Source of the DNA: a virus
Reading direction: 5' to 3' (one strand)
IMG/VR virus record: IMGVR_UViG_3300022868_000014
Coordinates: 32,453 to 96,452 of that record
DNA length: 64,000 nt
The notes under the pieces are model-generated. The model was not told where the DNA came from and did not search any database. It saw only the letters and a program-made list of their open reading frames with translations. This document shows, piece after piece, positions 18,989 through 28,602 of this stretch (positions within the stretch are counted from its first letter, which is position 1; each line of letters starts with the position of its first letter). Position numbers and translations under genes: made by a program.

Positions 18989-19845
18989 GTAAACAATCAG
19001 ATCAGAGTTGCGTTCTCGATAATGCGCCTGATTGGCGTTGGAAGCGAGCACTGTATGAGCGGAAGAACGAGAAGGAAAGTAATAAAGACTTCGTCGCCTA
19101 CGCTGATGCAACAGTTAAACTGGCTAAGCGATTCTTAGAGGTATGGGAAGACGACCGATTCCAAGGTGCCCCAGCAAGAGAGCTTATGCCCGCAATGGCA
19201 TTCTTATACGACCTACATCAGGAGAATTCTCCGGGTTGTACGAAGCATGCACTTGAAGCAGCTCTAGTGGCGAAAGCAAAGCCACAGTTCATACAATCAA
19301 ATATTCATAAGAAACTGACACCTTTCATGATCAGAACTTATGAGCTTTTGTTTTATGATGTGAGAACTAAATTAGATTCACCCTTTTGGGTAGAGAAGTA
19401 CATATTCGCACCGGCAGCCACACATAAGAAGGATGACTATCTGAACTCAGATTTGATCTGGAAAGTTGTGGGGTGGTCCGGAGGACCAGAGCGTCTACTT
19501 ATGGATTGCATAAGAGGCCATACATATAAAGGCAAGACTGCCGACTGGATTATAGACCATGTGGTAAGCCAGAACGCGAGGGAAACTTTGAAATACGTGC
19601 ACACTAGTGGTAAATTACCAAAAGAGCTTACTATACCTACGCAGCAACGCACATTGAGTGTTTGGGAAGATAGAACATACAAGCTTGATGAGCTCGCTGC
19701 TCAAGATGACGACGGGTTAATACCTGATAGTTTAGCTACATTTCATGGTAGAATCAAACTGAAAGATGCAGAAGCAGTAGTAAAGAAGATAGAGAAGTTA
19801 GACGCGAACATACATAAATATGAAGATGGAGATTTAGACAAATGA
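18985..19845 (+). CDS. hypothetical protein
   Basis: 286 aa; ATGA overlaps at both ends. Confidence 0.65.
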   Translation: MSKQSDQSCVLDNAPDWRWKRALYERKNEKESNKDFVAYADATVKLAKRFLEVWEDDRFQGAPARELMPAMAFLYDLHQENSPGCTKHALEAALVAKAKPQFIQSNIHKKLTPFMIRTYELLFYDVRTKLDSPFWVEKYIFAPAATHKKDDYLNSDLIWKVVGWSGGPERLLMDCIRGHTYKGKTADWIIDHVVSQNARETLKYVHTSGKLPKELTIPTQQRTLSVWEDRTYKLDELAAQDDDGLIPDSLATFHGRIKLKDAEAVVKKIEKLDANIHKYEDGDLDK

Positions 19846-21467
19846 TCGACAAACTATCCGCCAGTCAAGAGCGTCGAATCATGCGAGGCATCGAGAAAGC
19901 AGTAGCTTCAACGAGGTCTGGTAGTTCACCCAATGATGCGCTTATAAAGATGGCAACTGAGTTGGAATTCACGCCGGAAATCACTAAGCGTGCATGTGAA
20001 GCCTTTAATAAATCCAAAACTGTACACGTACTATCTAGTCGTAAGTCGAGTGACCGGGCGGAATCATTCGAGCACGCAGACCCTAAAGAAGTCGTTAAGG
20101 CTATCTTTGGTGGAACAGAAAAGGCAGCTTCAATTACACTACCCAAACAAGATTTCTCTGAAATAGGTCTTAAGCTGGAAATGTCCTTCGAGAAGGCAGC
20201 AGCTGAGAAACCTGTAGAAGAACCCATCGACAGAGATGCTATGCTTAAAACAGCTAGTGATGTCGAATATCGTAGAGATATGAATAAACGCATGGAAGTA
20301 CTTGATAACTTTGATCGTCAGAAGAGCACAGTTAATCAGTTACGCCTATCTACACAGGACTCCCTGATGAAAGCGGCTGAGCATATGCGTTATACTAAAG
20401 ATAAAGAATTACAGAAGATTGCTCATGTTATAGTCAATCGTTTCGGTGACCAAGGCGCTAAGATGCTCCAGGTTATCGGTGCTAAGATTCAACGTGACCT
20501 TCCCCTAGAGAAGACAGCCAATGGTGCTGTACTTCCTTTCAACTCCCCTTATCCTGAGATTGATCAAGCTATCAGACATGCCCGCGAGTACGCCGACGAG
20601 AAGGCTGAGCTCACGAAGCTGGCAGAAGATGCTAGAGATTTTTTTTTTGAAAAAGACGCTGCTCCCTTAGATACAAAAAGTATATTAGAGAGCGGTAAAT
20701 TCATGGGAGCAACTGCCCCAGGTTTCGCAGCAGGCGCAGTAAAAGGCGGTGTTAAGAAAGGCTTAGACACTATCTCCGACGAAGTCCAGAAATGGTCTGA
20801 CATTACAAGCGCCAATCCAGATCCTAAAATGTTAAAAGTAATGGACCCGGCATTTATGGGCAACATTGATAGTATCGACAATATGCAGGGCTGGGTAGCT
20901 ATTGCATCTGATCAGTCTATTAAGAACTATCCTATAGAAGACATAACAGAAGCCTATAACAATATTATTAATGTCTCACCTATGATGCGCGATAAAGCAA
21001 TGCAACCAGCTTTAAAATCTATGGTTAAACGTCAACTGGCCCAGAAACAATTAATGGACCCAGCTGAAATCTCTCAATTAGTTGACCTGGAGAAATCCTA
21101 TACAGCTAGTGAGAAGACTCGTAGAGAACTTGACGAAGCTCAGAACATGGCAACAGTTGGCGGAGACACTGGACCATCTGCAGATCTCTTGGATGTTCTA
21201 CGCATGGGTGGTAAAGACAAGGACGGCGAGGCTAAAGAGAAGAAGATGCCTATAATTACACAGCTTGCTGAGCTCCTTGATAAACATAATGCCGAGAAAG
21301 GAAGATCCCCTCAAGAGCCTGCTAATGATCAAGGCTATAACGAGGAGACAACCGACAAAGCAGGCCCCGGTGATAGTAGACAAGGTAGTTCAGGTTCAGA
21401 AAGTCTTTCAAGATATCTAGGTCAACGTAAACCTAAGAAGGATACAAACGCTAGATTAGGATTTTAA
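19842..21467 (+). CDS. helical head-module (core/internal) protein
   Basis: 541 aa with at least 8 hydrophobic-x-K-x-A motifs. Confidence 0.6.
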   Translation: MIDKLSASQERRIMRGIEKAVASTRSGSSPNDALIKMATELEFTPEITKRACEAFNKSKTVHVLSSRKSSDRAESFEHADPKEVVKAIFGGTEKAASITLPKQDFSEIGLKLEMSFEKAAAEKPVEEPIDRDAMLKTASDVEYRRDMNKRMEVLDNFDRQKSTVNQLRLSTQDSLMKAAEHMRYTKDKELQKIAHVIVNRFGDQGAKMLQVIGAKIQRDLPLEKTANGAVLPFNSPYPEIDQAIRHAREYADEKAELTKLAEDARDFFFEKDAAPLDTKSILESGKFMGATAPGFAAGAVKGGVKKGLDTISDEVQKWSDITSANPDPKMLKVMDPAFMGNIDSIDNMQGWVAIASDQSIKNYPIEDITEAYNNIINVSPMMRDKAMQPALKSMVKRQLAQKQLMDPAEISQLVDLEKSYTASEKTRRELDEAQNMATVGGDTGPSADLLDVLRMGGKDKDGEAKEKKMPIITQLAELLDKHNAEKGRSPQEPANDQGYNEETTDKAGPGDSRQGSSGSESLSRYLGQRKPKKDTNARLGF

Positions 21468-21468
21468 T

Positions 21469-24090
21469 ATGATACCCAAGATTATACATCCAGACGCATT
21501 TGATTTCGGAATGCCCACAGTGGCATTGATTGATACATATTCTAAAGGCTTCCGTATGGAGACCCTACAGAAACGTGCAGCAGAGTTCGACACTGACCTA
21601 AATGAAATTGAACGTAAACCCGGGTATACATACCTGCATCTTATAACTACAGGTGCCCAAGAGACTTATGGTTTTAATAATAATGGAGATGGCTTCCCCC
21701 GTGAAAGTTACATGTTTACTCCTTTCTTGAATAAGTCAGCTGCTCCCTATAGAACAGGGGGCGGTATGTTGGAATATCATAACCCTACATTTATGGAATT
21801 TGGTAAGGTATATAAAAATCACTGCTTTCCGGGGAGGACCCTGGTTCAGAGTGGTGAGGGCTCTTATAAGCCAATTGAGTCCTATGCTCAGGGGGATGCT
21901 GTCAATACTAGAAAAGGCCCTCGTGCAGTGAGTCATATTTTTAAAAGACCTTATAAAGGAGCAGGAGTGAGCGTAGACTGCTCAGATCTCAGATCCTTCA
22001 AATGTACAGTAGATCATCCTGTTTTTGTATTACGAGCAGTTGATACATGTTGTAAGCACAAGTATACAATATTAAATAAACAAAAATATCAAGGGCACAG
22101 TACACATTGTAGAGAGTGGGCTTCTAAGAATAAAAAAGAAATTACATCCCTTATAACCGAGGTACCCGCATATAGCCTGCAGAAAGGTGATTGGTTGGTA
22201 TCCCACGCTGTTAGCGGAGGCACAACTTCTTTACCGACTTACATGGCCCGTTTAATAGGTTGGACGGCCGCTGAGGGCTATCTAGCTAAGAATGGCTGTC
22301 ACATACAATATACAATAAGCCAGAAAGATCAGTATGCTATAGATGATATATGTGACTGCATAAAGAAAGCAGGCTACAATGTCACGCTTACACCTACTAA
22401 ATACGGGTGCATAGCAATAAATACAGGCTCCAAATTGCTACATCATGAGCTTTCACAATATATAAAAGGCACATACTCTGATAAAACACTGACAGCCGAG
22501 TTATTCAAACTGGATAATGAATCCAAATTACATTTACTGGGAGCATATGTTGATGGTGACGGGTGTTACACCAAGCCCGAAGGTCCCACGCCAGGCTATC
22601 TTCGTATAAGAAGCTCCTCACCCTCCATGCTCAGGATGTTATCCGACCTAGTTAGCTCCTTAGGCATAGCGGCAAACACCTTATGGGACAACAACTCGTC
22701 TACTATGATATCCCCTACCAACGGTAAGACTTATAAATCAAATGGCAGTGGCTACGTTAGCGTGGCCTCGTCTGATAATCTTGATATGACTGATTATAGT
22801 AATAAATATGTAAGGGTAAGCATTGGACGGAGACGTTCCGCCTTCGTTACAGTTATGTTGGATGATATGCGTTTACATAAAATAAAAGACGTAAGCCCTT
22901 GTGAACTGGATGAGTTGGTATATAATCTCGAGGTGGAGGATGCACCTGAATATTTTGTAGAGGGTTTACTGGTTCATAACTGTAATAGACATAAGAACGG
23001 TACACCTTCCGGTTATATCGTAAAGGCGGCTTATAATAATGATATGAACCGAGGGGAACTTATTGTAGGTGTCGAAAATGATAAATGGGATAAAGAACTG
23101 CAGAAAGTTGCAAATGAGAAGCCCATCTTTTTTTCAATGGCGGCGGATGTTAAGTACGACATTTGTACAGCCTGTGGGAATAAGGCCTCTAAATTATCTG
23201 ATTATTGTGATCACCTGAAGAATGATATGCTTACTATTACTAAAGAAGGGCACCAGATAGGTGCTATAAATGATAAACCTTTATTTCACGATATCAGCGG
23301 TGTATTCAAACCTGCAGATAAGATCGCATTTGCTCTCCGTAAGGTAGCATCTGATCGTGTCCTGTCTTCAGCTGAGTTAGCTGACCTTCACGGGTTAGCC
23401 CCACGTGTTGATATAATGAGAAAGTATGCCGGCGTCAAATCCTCAAATCGTATAGCGCTTTTAAGTAAGCTTGCTGCGATAGAGAAGGAGATACTGACTG
23501 CTACATCTGATTCACCCATGAACTCTCTAACTGTTCCCTTCCGTTCTGACGACGGTAAAGTGAAGGAGCTAGAGAACTCTACGGTGAGTGCAATGAAGAA
23601 CCAAGATCCCGGTGCTCTATTTGGGTCACTTAAGGATAAGATGGTTGTTCTGCCAATGGAATCTTTTTATAAGGTTACCACAGGGGACAACTTTGACAAG
23701 GTAGCCAGTCTTCTACCAGGTGCTAAGAACGCTCTTAACGGCGTATTCGGACGCATGCTTAATGATCCATGTATTGAATCATTACTGGAAGATGGAAGCT
23801 ATGAACCCTCCGGCTCGTACGGAGGCCAGGAACTTGAAAGTGAAGTCAGTCGCCTTATTGGGTCCCACTCCTTGGCGGCAAGTCCTATAAACGATCGCGT
23901 GATACGTAATTCAATCAGCGGTTGTACTGGACTTGATGGTGGGATGCTGAAATGTGCCTCAGAAATACATGATGCCGCGGCTGATTTCCTTGCCAGGGAG
24001 TATGCGAGATACGTTATCTCGTTCGTTGATGGTTTACCCGAAGACAAGTTGAACTTGACAGTAGGTCAAACTATCGCTAATAGTATATAA
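21469..24090 (+). CDS. putative prohead maturation protease with intein
   Basis: NNNGDGF, VYKNH|CN (putative catalytic His), FSMA (putative catalytic Ser), CTACGN...CDH Zn motif; lies upstream of the scaffold and capsid genes. Confidence 0.7.
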   Translation: MIPKIIHPDAFDFGMPTVALIDTYSKGFRMETLQKRAAEFDTDLNEIERKPGYTYLHLITTGAQETYGFNNNGDGFPRESYMFTPFLNKSAAPYRTGGGMLEYHNPTFMEFGKVYKNHCFPGRTLVQSGEGSYKPIESYAQGDAVNTRKGPRAVSHIFKRPYKGAGVSVDCSDLRSFKCTVDHPVFVLRAVDTCCKHKYTILNKQKYQGHSTHCREWASKNKKEITSLITEVPAYSLQKGDWLVSHAVSGGTTSLPTYMARLIGWTAAEGYLAKNGCHIQYTISQKDQYAIDDICDCIKKAGYNVTLTPTKYGCIAINTGSKLLHHELSQYIKGTYSDKTLTAELFKLDNESKLHLLGAYVDGDGCYTKPEGPTPGYLRIRSSSPSMLRMLSDLVSSLGIAANTLWDNNSSTMISPTNGKTYKSNGSGYVSVASSDNLDMTDYSNKYVRVSIGRRRSAFVTVMLDDMRLHKIKDVSPCELDELVYNLEVEDAPEYFVEGLLVHNCNRHKNGTPSGYIVKAAYNNDMNRGELIVGVENDKWDKELQKVANEKPIFFSMAADVKYDICTACGNKASKLSDYCDHLKNDMLTITKEGHQIGAINDKPLFHDISGVFKPADKIAFALRKVASDRVLSSAELADLHGLAPRVDIMRKYAGVKSSNRIALLSKLAAIEKEILTATSDSPMNSLTVPFRSDDGKVKELENSTVSAMKNQDPGALFGSLKDKMVVLPMESFYKVTTGDNFDKVASLLPGAKNALNGVFGRMLNDPCIESLLEDGSYEPSGSYGGQELESEVSRLIGSHSLAASPINDRVIRNSISGCTGLDGGMLKCASEIHDAAADFLAREYARYVISFVDGLPEDKLNLTVGQTIANSI
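21823..22980 (+). mobile_element. intein 4 (386 aa, LAGLIDADG endonuclease) in prohead protease
   Basis: Starts CFPGRT, TVDHPV, IGWTAAEG and LGAYVDGDG motifs, ends LVHN|C. Confidence 0.92.
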
Positions 24091-24123
24091 TAGGAATAGA
24101 CATAACTCAACACAGGAATAGTT

Positions 24124-25275
24124 ATGAAGAATTATGGTGATGTAGTAACAATGATGGGCGACTTTCTACATTCAGTAGAAGAAGAAAAGTCCATGGCTAA
24201 AACAGCAGCTGACGCAGCAGCAGAAGCAGTTGTTGAAAAAACAGCCGAAGCTCCGACTCCAGGACCCAACGATAACGCCAAGACTGAGCCAGAAGGCAAG
24301 ACTAGCGAAAACGTAGCCGACACCCCAGCGGGACAAGGCGCAGCGGGCAAAGAGAAGCAGCAAGATATGGAAGCCGGTATCGCAGGCGTTGAAGCAGACT
24401 CTCCTGAAGCCACCAATAATGATGGTGACGGTGAAGAACCTACAGACGACCAGGGACCAAAATCTCTTGATGCCAGTGAAACAGTGACAGAAAATATAAC
24501 TGTTGAAACCACTCCGGAAAAAGTAGCGCGTGCAGAACGCCTTGGTAATGCAATTCTTAGTAGGGTCGCAGACCTTCAGAAGAACGCAACCGAAGCAACC
24601 CCAGAGGCAACCCCTGAAGCAAAGCCAAAACAGGAAGCTAGTATTCTTGAAAAATTGGCTTCCGAGAACCCGGAAATGGCAGCCCACATCTCTCAGTCAT
24701 ATCATGACTTTGCGACTGGTTGGCTAGAAGGTTTTAACCAACGTCAAGATGACCTCCAGGAATGTATGGAAAGCGGTATCTTCAAGTCAGCTGCGGAAGC
24801 AGATGCAATGCTTGATGCTGTAGCAGCAGAAGATCCTGGCGCGATTGCACCTCCAGGTATGGAAGCTCCAATGGGAGAAGCTCCTATGGAAGAAGCTCCT
24901 GTAGAAGGCGGTGATTTGGGAATGGGTGCACCTGAAGAAGGTGGCGAAATGGACCCAGAAACAGCAGCGCAGTTAGATCAACTCGCGGACGAAATGGAAG
25001 CAGCTGGTGTTTCTCCAGAGGATTTAGTCCAAGCGGCTAAGCAATTGGAAGAACTGACAGCAGCAGGCGTTAGTCCTGATGAGATCATCCAAGCAGCTGG
25101 CGAAGTAGAAGGCGAAGGCGGTGGAATGGGAGAAGCTCCCTTAGAAGAAGCACCGATGGCTGAAGAAGCCCCGATGGAAGCAGCTCCAGAAGTTCTTCCT
25201 GAAGAAGCTGAAAAACTCGCAGCAGAACGTAAAGAGCACATCAAAGATTATATCCGCGGTCTACAACAAGACTAA
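24124..25275 (+). CDS. acidic scaffolding-like protein
   Basis: Very acidic and low-complexity; between protease and capsid genes; MAKTA, VEKTA, LQKNA, LEKLA and IFKSA motifs. Confidence 0.6.
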   Translation: MKNYGDVVTMMGDFLHSVEEEKSMAKTAADAAAEAVVEKTAEAPTPGPNDNAKTEPEGKTSENVADTPAGQGAAGKEKQQDMEAGIAGVEADSPEATNNDGDGEEPTDDQGPKSLDASETVTENITVETTPEKVARAERLGNAILSRVADLQKNATEATPEATPEAKPKQEASILEKLASENPEMAAHISQSYHDFATGWLEGFNQRQDDLQECMESGIFKSAAEADAMLDAVAAEDPGAIAPPGMEAPMGEAPMEEAPVEGGDLGMGAPEEGGEMDPETAAQLDQLADEMEAAGVSPEDLVQAAKQLEELTAAGVSPDEIIQAAGEVEGEGGGMGEAPLEEAPMAEEAPMEAAPEVLPEEAEKLAAERKEHIKDYIRGLQQD

Positions 25276-25286
25276 GGAGGTATACT

Positions 25287-25628
25287 ATGAATGAAGCACT
25301 TTATAATGAAGTAGTAGATTACATTGATCTCACTGATACAGTTATTAGTGAGTTAAAGGATCAACCTAAGTTTTCTGAAGAAGCTTTAACAAAGGCAGCT
25401 TCTGCATTAGCAGACGCGTCTATGATTAAGGCCGAAGAACAGGATGAATTGGTTGAATTATTTCGCACAGACCCTGATAAGGCTCTTGAAAGTATTGCGA
25501 AGGTTGCAGCAAGCCTACCTAAGGCACCAAGTGATTACTCACTAGGTGAACAGGCCGGCGAAGCACGACCATCAAGATTCACTAAAGAATCCGACCGGGT
25601 TTTATACGAGAAACTGGGGCTAGTATAA
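25287..25628 (+). CDS. small scaffold/head protein
   Basis: AAGGAGG RBS; LTKAA and IAKVA motifs. Confidence 0.6.
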   Translation: MNEALYNEVVDYIDLTDTVISELKDQPKFSEEALTKAASALADASMIKAEEQDELVELFRTDPDKALESIAKVAASLPKAPSDYSLGEQAGEARPSRFTKESDRVLYEKLGLV

Positions 25629-25678
25629 TACTGGTTCCACAAGACAGTGTTAAGTAACACTTAACAGGAGAATATTTA

Positions 25679-26275
25679 ATGGGTACATTAACTCCAGCTC
25701 AAATGTTCGATACATCGTTGAATGTCATTAAAGGACCTTCATTGATGCATAGACTCGACTTTAGAGCTGCACCAGCTGTAGGAGAAACCATCTACGCGGG
25801 TTCTGTTTGCTCTATCAACGCTGCAGGCACATTAGTTGCCGGCTGTGGTGTTGGAGCTGCAATGAATAGGCCTATGCCTATGTTTGCAATTCAGAACATC
25901 GACGATTTTGATACTAACTCTGATGTTGGTAATATCAGCGGAGGCGTGATGAGCGCAATCGTTGCGACGGGTGGTTTCGAAATTGAAACTACAGAGTATG
26001 ATGCTACTGGAACTTACAATCCTAATGATCTTCTTACCGCAGACGGCGTCAATACTGGCGATGTCAAACGTATGGGCGAAAACCCTTACGGTGGTCAAGT
26101 AGCAGTAGGATGTGTCAGCGAGGGTGTAAGCACCAACGCAGACGGTAAATCAGTAGTTCGTTTTTGGACAGTTTACTTGCCAGGCGGCGCAGCAGGACAT
26201 GACGAAAGTAGCACTAGTGAATCTAGTACTAGCGAATCTAGTGCCAGCACAGCAGCCATGAGCACAAGTAGTTAA
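25679..26275 (+). CDS. putative capsid decoration/cement protein, copy A (short Ser/Thr tail)
   Basis: Immediately upstream of the MCP; small beta-rich protein; close paralog at 39338. Confidence 0.6.
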   Translation: MGTLTPAQMFDTSLNVIKGPSLMHRLDFRAAPAVGETIYAGSVCSINAAGTLVAGCGVGAAMNRPMPMFAIQNIDDFDTNSDVGNISGGVMSAIVATGGFEIETTEYDATGTYNPNDLLTADGVNTGDVKRMGENPYGGQVAVGCVSEGVSTNADGKSVVRFWTVYLPGGAAGHDESSTSESSTSESSASTAAMSTSS

Positions 26276-26289
26276 CACAGGAGATAGTT

Positions 26290-27249
26290 ATGAGAATGGA
26301 TCCCGATGTTCGTTTGCTGAACGAAACCATTGTTAATGGACTTACCTCCACTGACGATGTGTTGCGCAAGCAAGCTAAAGAAGGTGTTGATGATTGGCTT
26401 CGTATTAAGATGCGTGAAGATGGCTTCGCCCGTAGGATTCTTCCTCCGGTCCCAGTTACACCCGCAGACCTTGATCGCCAGGTCGACACACCGAAACCTG
26501 TTATTGTAAAGGACCAGGAACCTAATTCCGCTGGAGCATATACTGTTCCCTTCGGAACTACTCCTATGGACCATTACATCATGGGCCCAAGATACCGCGT
26601 CATGTTTGACCGTATCCTGAGTCGTAGATATAACAGCGATGTTAACAACCTCTTAACTTATGACATGGACATCCGTCAGATCCTTAATGACTTTCTTTTG
26701 AAAGACATTATGGCTGAAGAAGACAGAAAGTTCATGGCTGTAGTTGACTCTATCGTAGGCGTAGCCAACACTGTTGACGCGACTCTCGAAAGTTGTCAGA
26801 ATATTACAGTAGGTCCGTTGACTCGTCAATCGTTGGCACATTCCCGTAAGGGCCTGCCATCAACCAACCGTCACTTGAATGCATCAGTTGCACTCGTGAA
26901 TAACATCACTATTTGGGATGTTGTTGCATTAGGCAGAGATGACATTGGTGGTGACCTTGCTGAAGAACTACTGGTTAACGGTTTCGCCGAACGCCAGATC
27001 ATGGGACTCAAATGGGCCATTACTATCAAGACTGACTTGGTAAGCGATGACGAATTGTACATGTTCGCAGAGCCTAAGTACACTGGGGACTTCTTTGTTC
27101 TCGATGACGTTACGATCAGTACTAAGCATGAGGATTATTTTATCGAGTTCTTTGCGTATGAGTGCATAGGAGCTACTATCCAGAATACGGCTAGTTGTGC
27201 CAAAGTTTCCTTCGTGGGAAGTCAGGTCGATTGGCGGACTGGGGTGTAA
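26290..27249 (+). CDS. major capsid protein (probable HK97 fold)
   Basis: 319 aa; follows protease, scaffold and decoration genes; ACAGGAG RBS; followed by a strong terminator; REDGFARRILPP motif and spine-helix-like KDIMAEEDRKF. Confidence 0.75.
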   Translation: MRMDPDVRLLNETIVNGLTSTDDVLRKQAKEGVDDWLRIKMREDGFARRILPPVPVTPADLDRQVDTPKPVIVKDQEPNSAGAYTVPFGTTPMDHYIMGPRYRVMFDRILSRRYNSDVNNLLTYDMDIRQILNDFLLKDIMAEEDRKFMAVVDSIVGVANTVDATLESCQNITVGPLTRQSLAHSRKGLPSTNRHLNASVALVNNITIWDVVALGRDDIGGDLAEELLVNGFAERQIMGLKWAITIKTDLVSDDELYMFAEPKYTGDFFVLDDVTISTKHEDYFIEFFAYECIGATIQNTASCAKVSFVGSQVDWRTGV

Positions 27250-27281
27250 GCACCTATTCATAAGTAAGTTATGATATATTT

Positions 27282-27315
27282 AAAACCTCCGGTCTAAGGG
27301 CCGGGGGTTTTTTTT
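27282..27315 (+). terminator. intrinsic terminator after MCP
   Basis: AAAACCTCCGGTC-TAAG-GGCCGGGGG-T8 hairpin with U-tract. Confidence 0.85.
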
Positions 27316-27328
27316 CGCCCATAGCCAC

Positions 27329-27356
27329 TTGACATATCTGAAAAGCACGTTATATT
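27329..27356 (+). promoter_or_regulatory. sigma70-like promoter for HNH gene
   Basis: TTGACA-N16-TATATT, 6 nt before the ATG. Confidence 0.6.
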
Positions 27357-27362
27357 GGTAGT

Positions 27363-28127
27363 ATGGCGAAAAGAAATACATATAATGATAAGCAACAGCG
27401 CAGTAAGAAATATGGGCGGTTGCAGCCTCTTAAGAGCATACTTAAGGGTAAAAACATTTACTGGGAATGTGAGTGTGATTGTGGTCAGATGGTTACTAAA
27501 CGTAAAAACCATCTGATATCCGGAGCAACCACCAGCTGTGGGTGCTTCAATAAAGAAGCATTAATTAAAAGACATGGTGATGCTAATAAAGATTTCGTTG
27601 GAACAGTATTTGGTAGACTAACAGTATTAGAGAGGGCTGAGAATGCCCCTGATGATGCAACGAGATGGCACTGTCGTTGTGTGTGTGGGGAAAAAACTGT
27701 TGTTCTAAAGAACAGTTTGTTGAGGGGTAATACGAGATCGTGTGGGTGTCTGTCTGTTGAGAAGTCCTCAGAACGCATTAAAAAACTTATTGCTAATTAT
27801 AAGGGGGCGAAGCATCCCAGGTGGAACCCCGCCCTAACGGACGAAGACCGTACAGCACGTAGGCACATCCCAGGCTATAAGGAGTTCGTAAAAGAAGCAA
27901 TGGTCAGGGATGATTACACATGCCAGGTATGCACCAAGCATGGAGGTGATCTAGCAGTCCACCACCTGAACTCTTACTCTCAGCACCCGGAGGAGCGCAC
28001 AGAGCTCTCTAATGGTACCACCCTATGCGCAGGATGCCATTCGGCCTTTCATGCGCTCCATGGCTACGCGGAGGCCTCTAAAGAGGACTTCCAGGGATGG
28101 ATCAAAACTAACGCCATTTGTAAATAA
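27363..28127 (+). CDS. HNH homing endonuclease
   Basis: Two WxCxCxCG...SCGC repeats and a C-terminal RDDYTCQVC...VHH...NGTTLCAGCH HNH domain. Confidence 0.85.
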   Translation: MAKRNTYNDKQQRSKKYGRLQPLKSILKGKNIYWECECDCGQMVTKRKNHLISGATTSCGCFNKEALIKRHGDANKDFVGTVFGRLTVLERAENAPDDATRWHCRCVCGEKTVVLKNSLLRGNTRSCGCLSVEKSSERIKKLIANYKGAKHPRWNPALTDEDRTARRHIPGYKEFVKEAMVRDDYTCQVCTKHGGDLAVHHLNSYSQHPEERTELSNGTTLCAGCHSAFHALHGYAEASKEDFQGWIKTNAICK

Positions 28128-28145
28128 CAATATGTTGTGTATAGT
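28118..28145 (+). promoter_or_regulatory. sigma70-like promoter for tRNA cluster
   Basis: TTGTAA-N16-TATAGT, 10 nt before tRNA-Glu. Confidence 0.5.
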
Positions 28146-28155
28146 AATTATGTAA

Positions 28156-28231
28156 GAGGCGGTCGTCTATCGGTAGGACACCTGGTTTTCATCCAGGCAA
28201 GCGCTGGGTTCGATTCCCCGTCGCCTTACCA
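28156..28231 (+). tRNA. trnE: tRNA-Glu(TTC)
   Basis: Cloverleaf; anticodon arm cctgg-tt-TTC-at-ccagg; TTCGA loop; encoded CCA. Confidence 0.88.
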
Positions 28232-28235
28232 ATGA

Positions 28236-28311
28236 TGCGGGATGGACAAGCGGTTAAGTCGTTGGTCTCATAATCCAAAGATCGGTGGTTCGAATCCACC
28301 TCCCGCAACCA
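28236..28311 (+). tRNA. trnM: tRNA-Met(CAT), initiator-like
   Basis: TGCGGGA/TCCCGCA acceptor; CAT anticodon; A11-U24 pair; encoded CCA. Confidence 0.88.
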
Positions 28312-28331
28312 ATTAAATAGGAGGACTTAGT

Positions 28332-28520
28332 ATGAGTAAGGCATACATCGAAGAGTATTCGGTAGAGACAGCAAGAGCACTTATGTCTAGTAATTGTGAT
28401 AGATGCGGTTGGAAGGGGAAAGGCGACTGCGATGAGACTATAGGCTCAATAGCCTGCCTCGATGTTGCAGAGAGATGTGGTTATAAGATTATAGGATTAG
28501 ATGCATTAAAGGAGGACTAG
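28332..28520 (+). CDS. small Cys-rich hypothetical protein
   Basis: AGGAGG RBS; 62 aa. Confidence 0.6.
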   Translation: MSKAYIEEYSVETARALMSSNCDRCGWKGKGDCDETIGSIACLDVAERCGYKIIGLDALKED

Positions 28521-28521
28521 T

Positions 28522-28593
28522 ATGCCGGAAGCTATTATAGTAGGATCAGTCATTGTATTTTTTGGATTAATATTCAACGCAGTAATGAGATAA
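28522..28593 (+). CDS. 23-aa hydrophobic microprotein (MPEAIIVGSVIVFFGLIFNAVMR)
   Basis: AAGGAGG RBS; fills the gap between two genes; single transmembrane-like helix; below the ORF track cutoff. Confidence 0.5.
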   Translation: MPEAIIVGSVIVFFGLIFNAVMR

Positions 28594-28602
28594 GGAGTAT
28601 TT

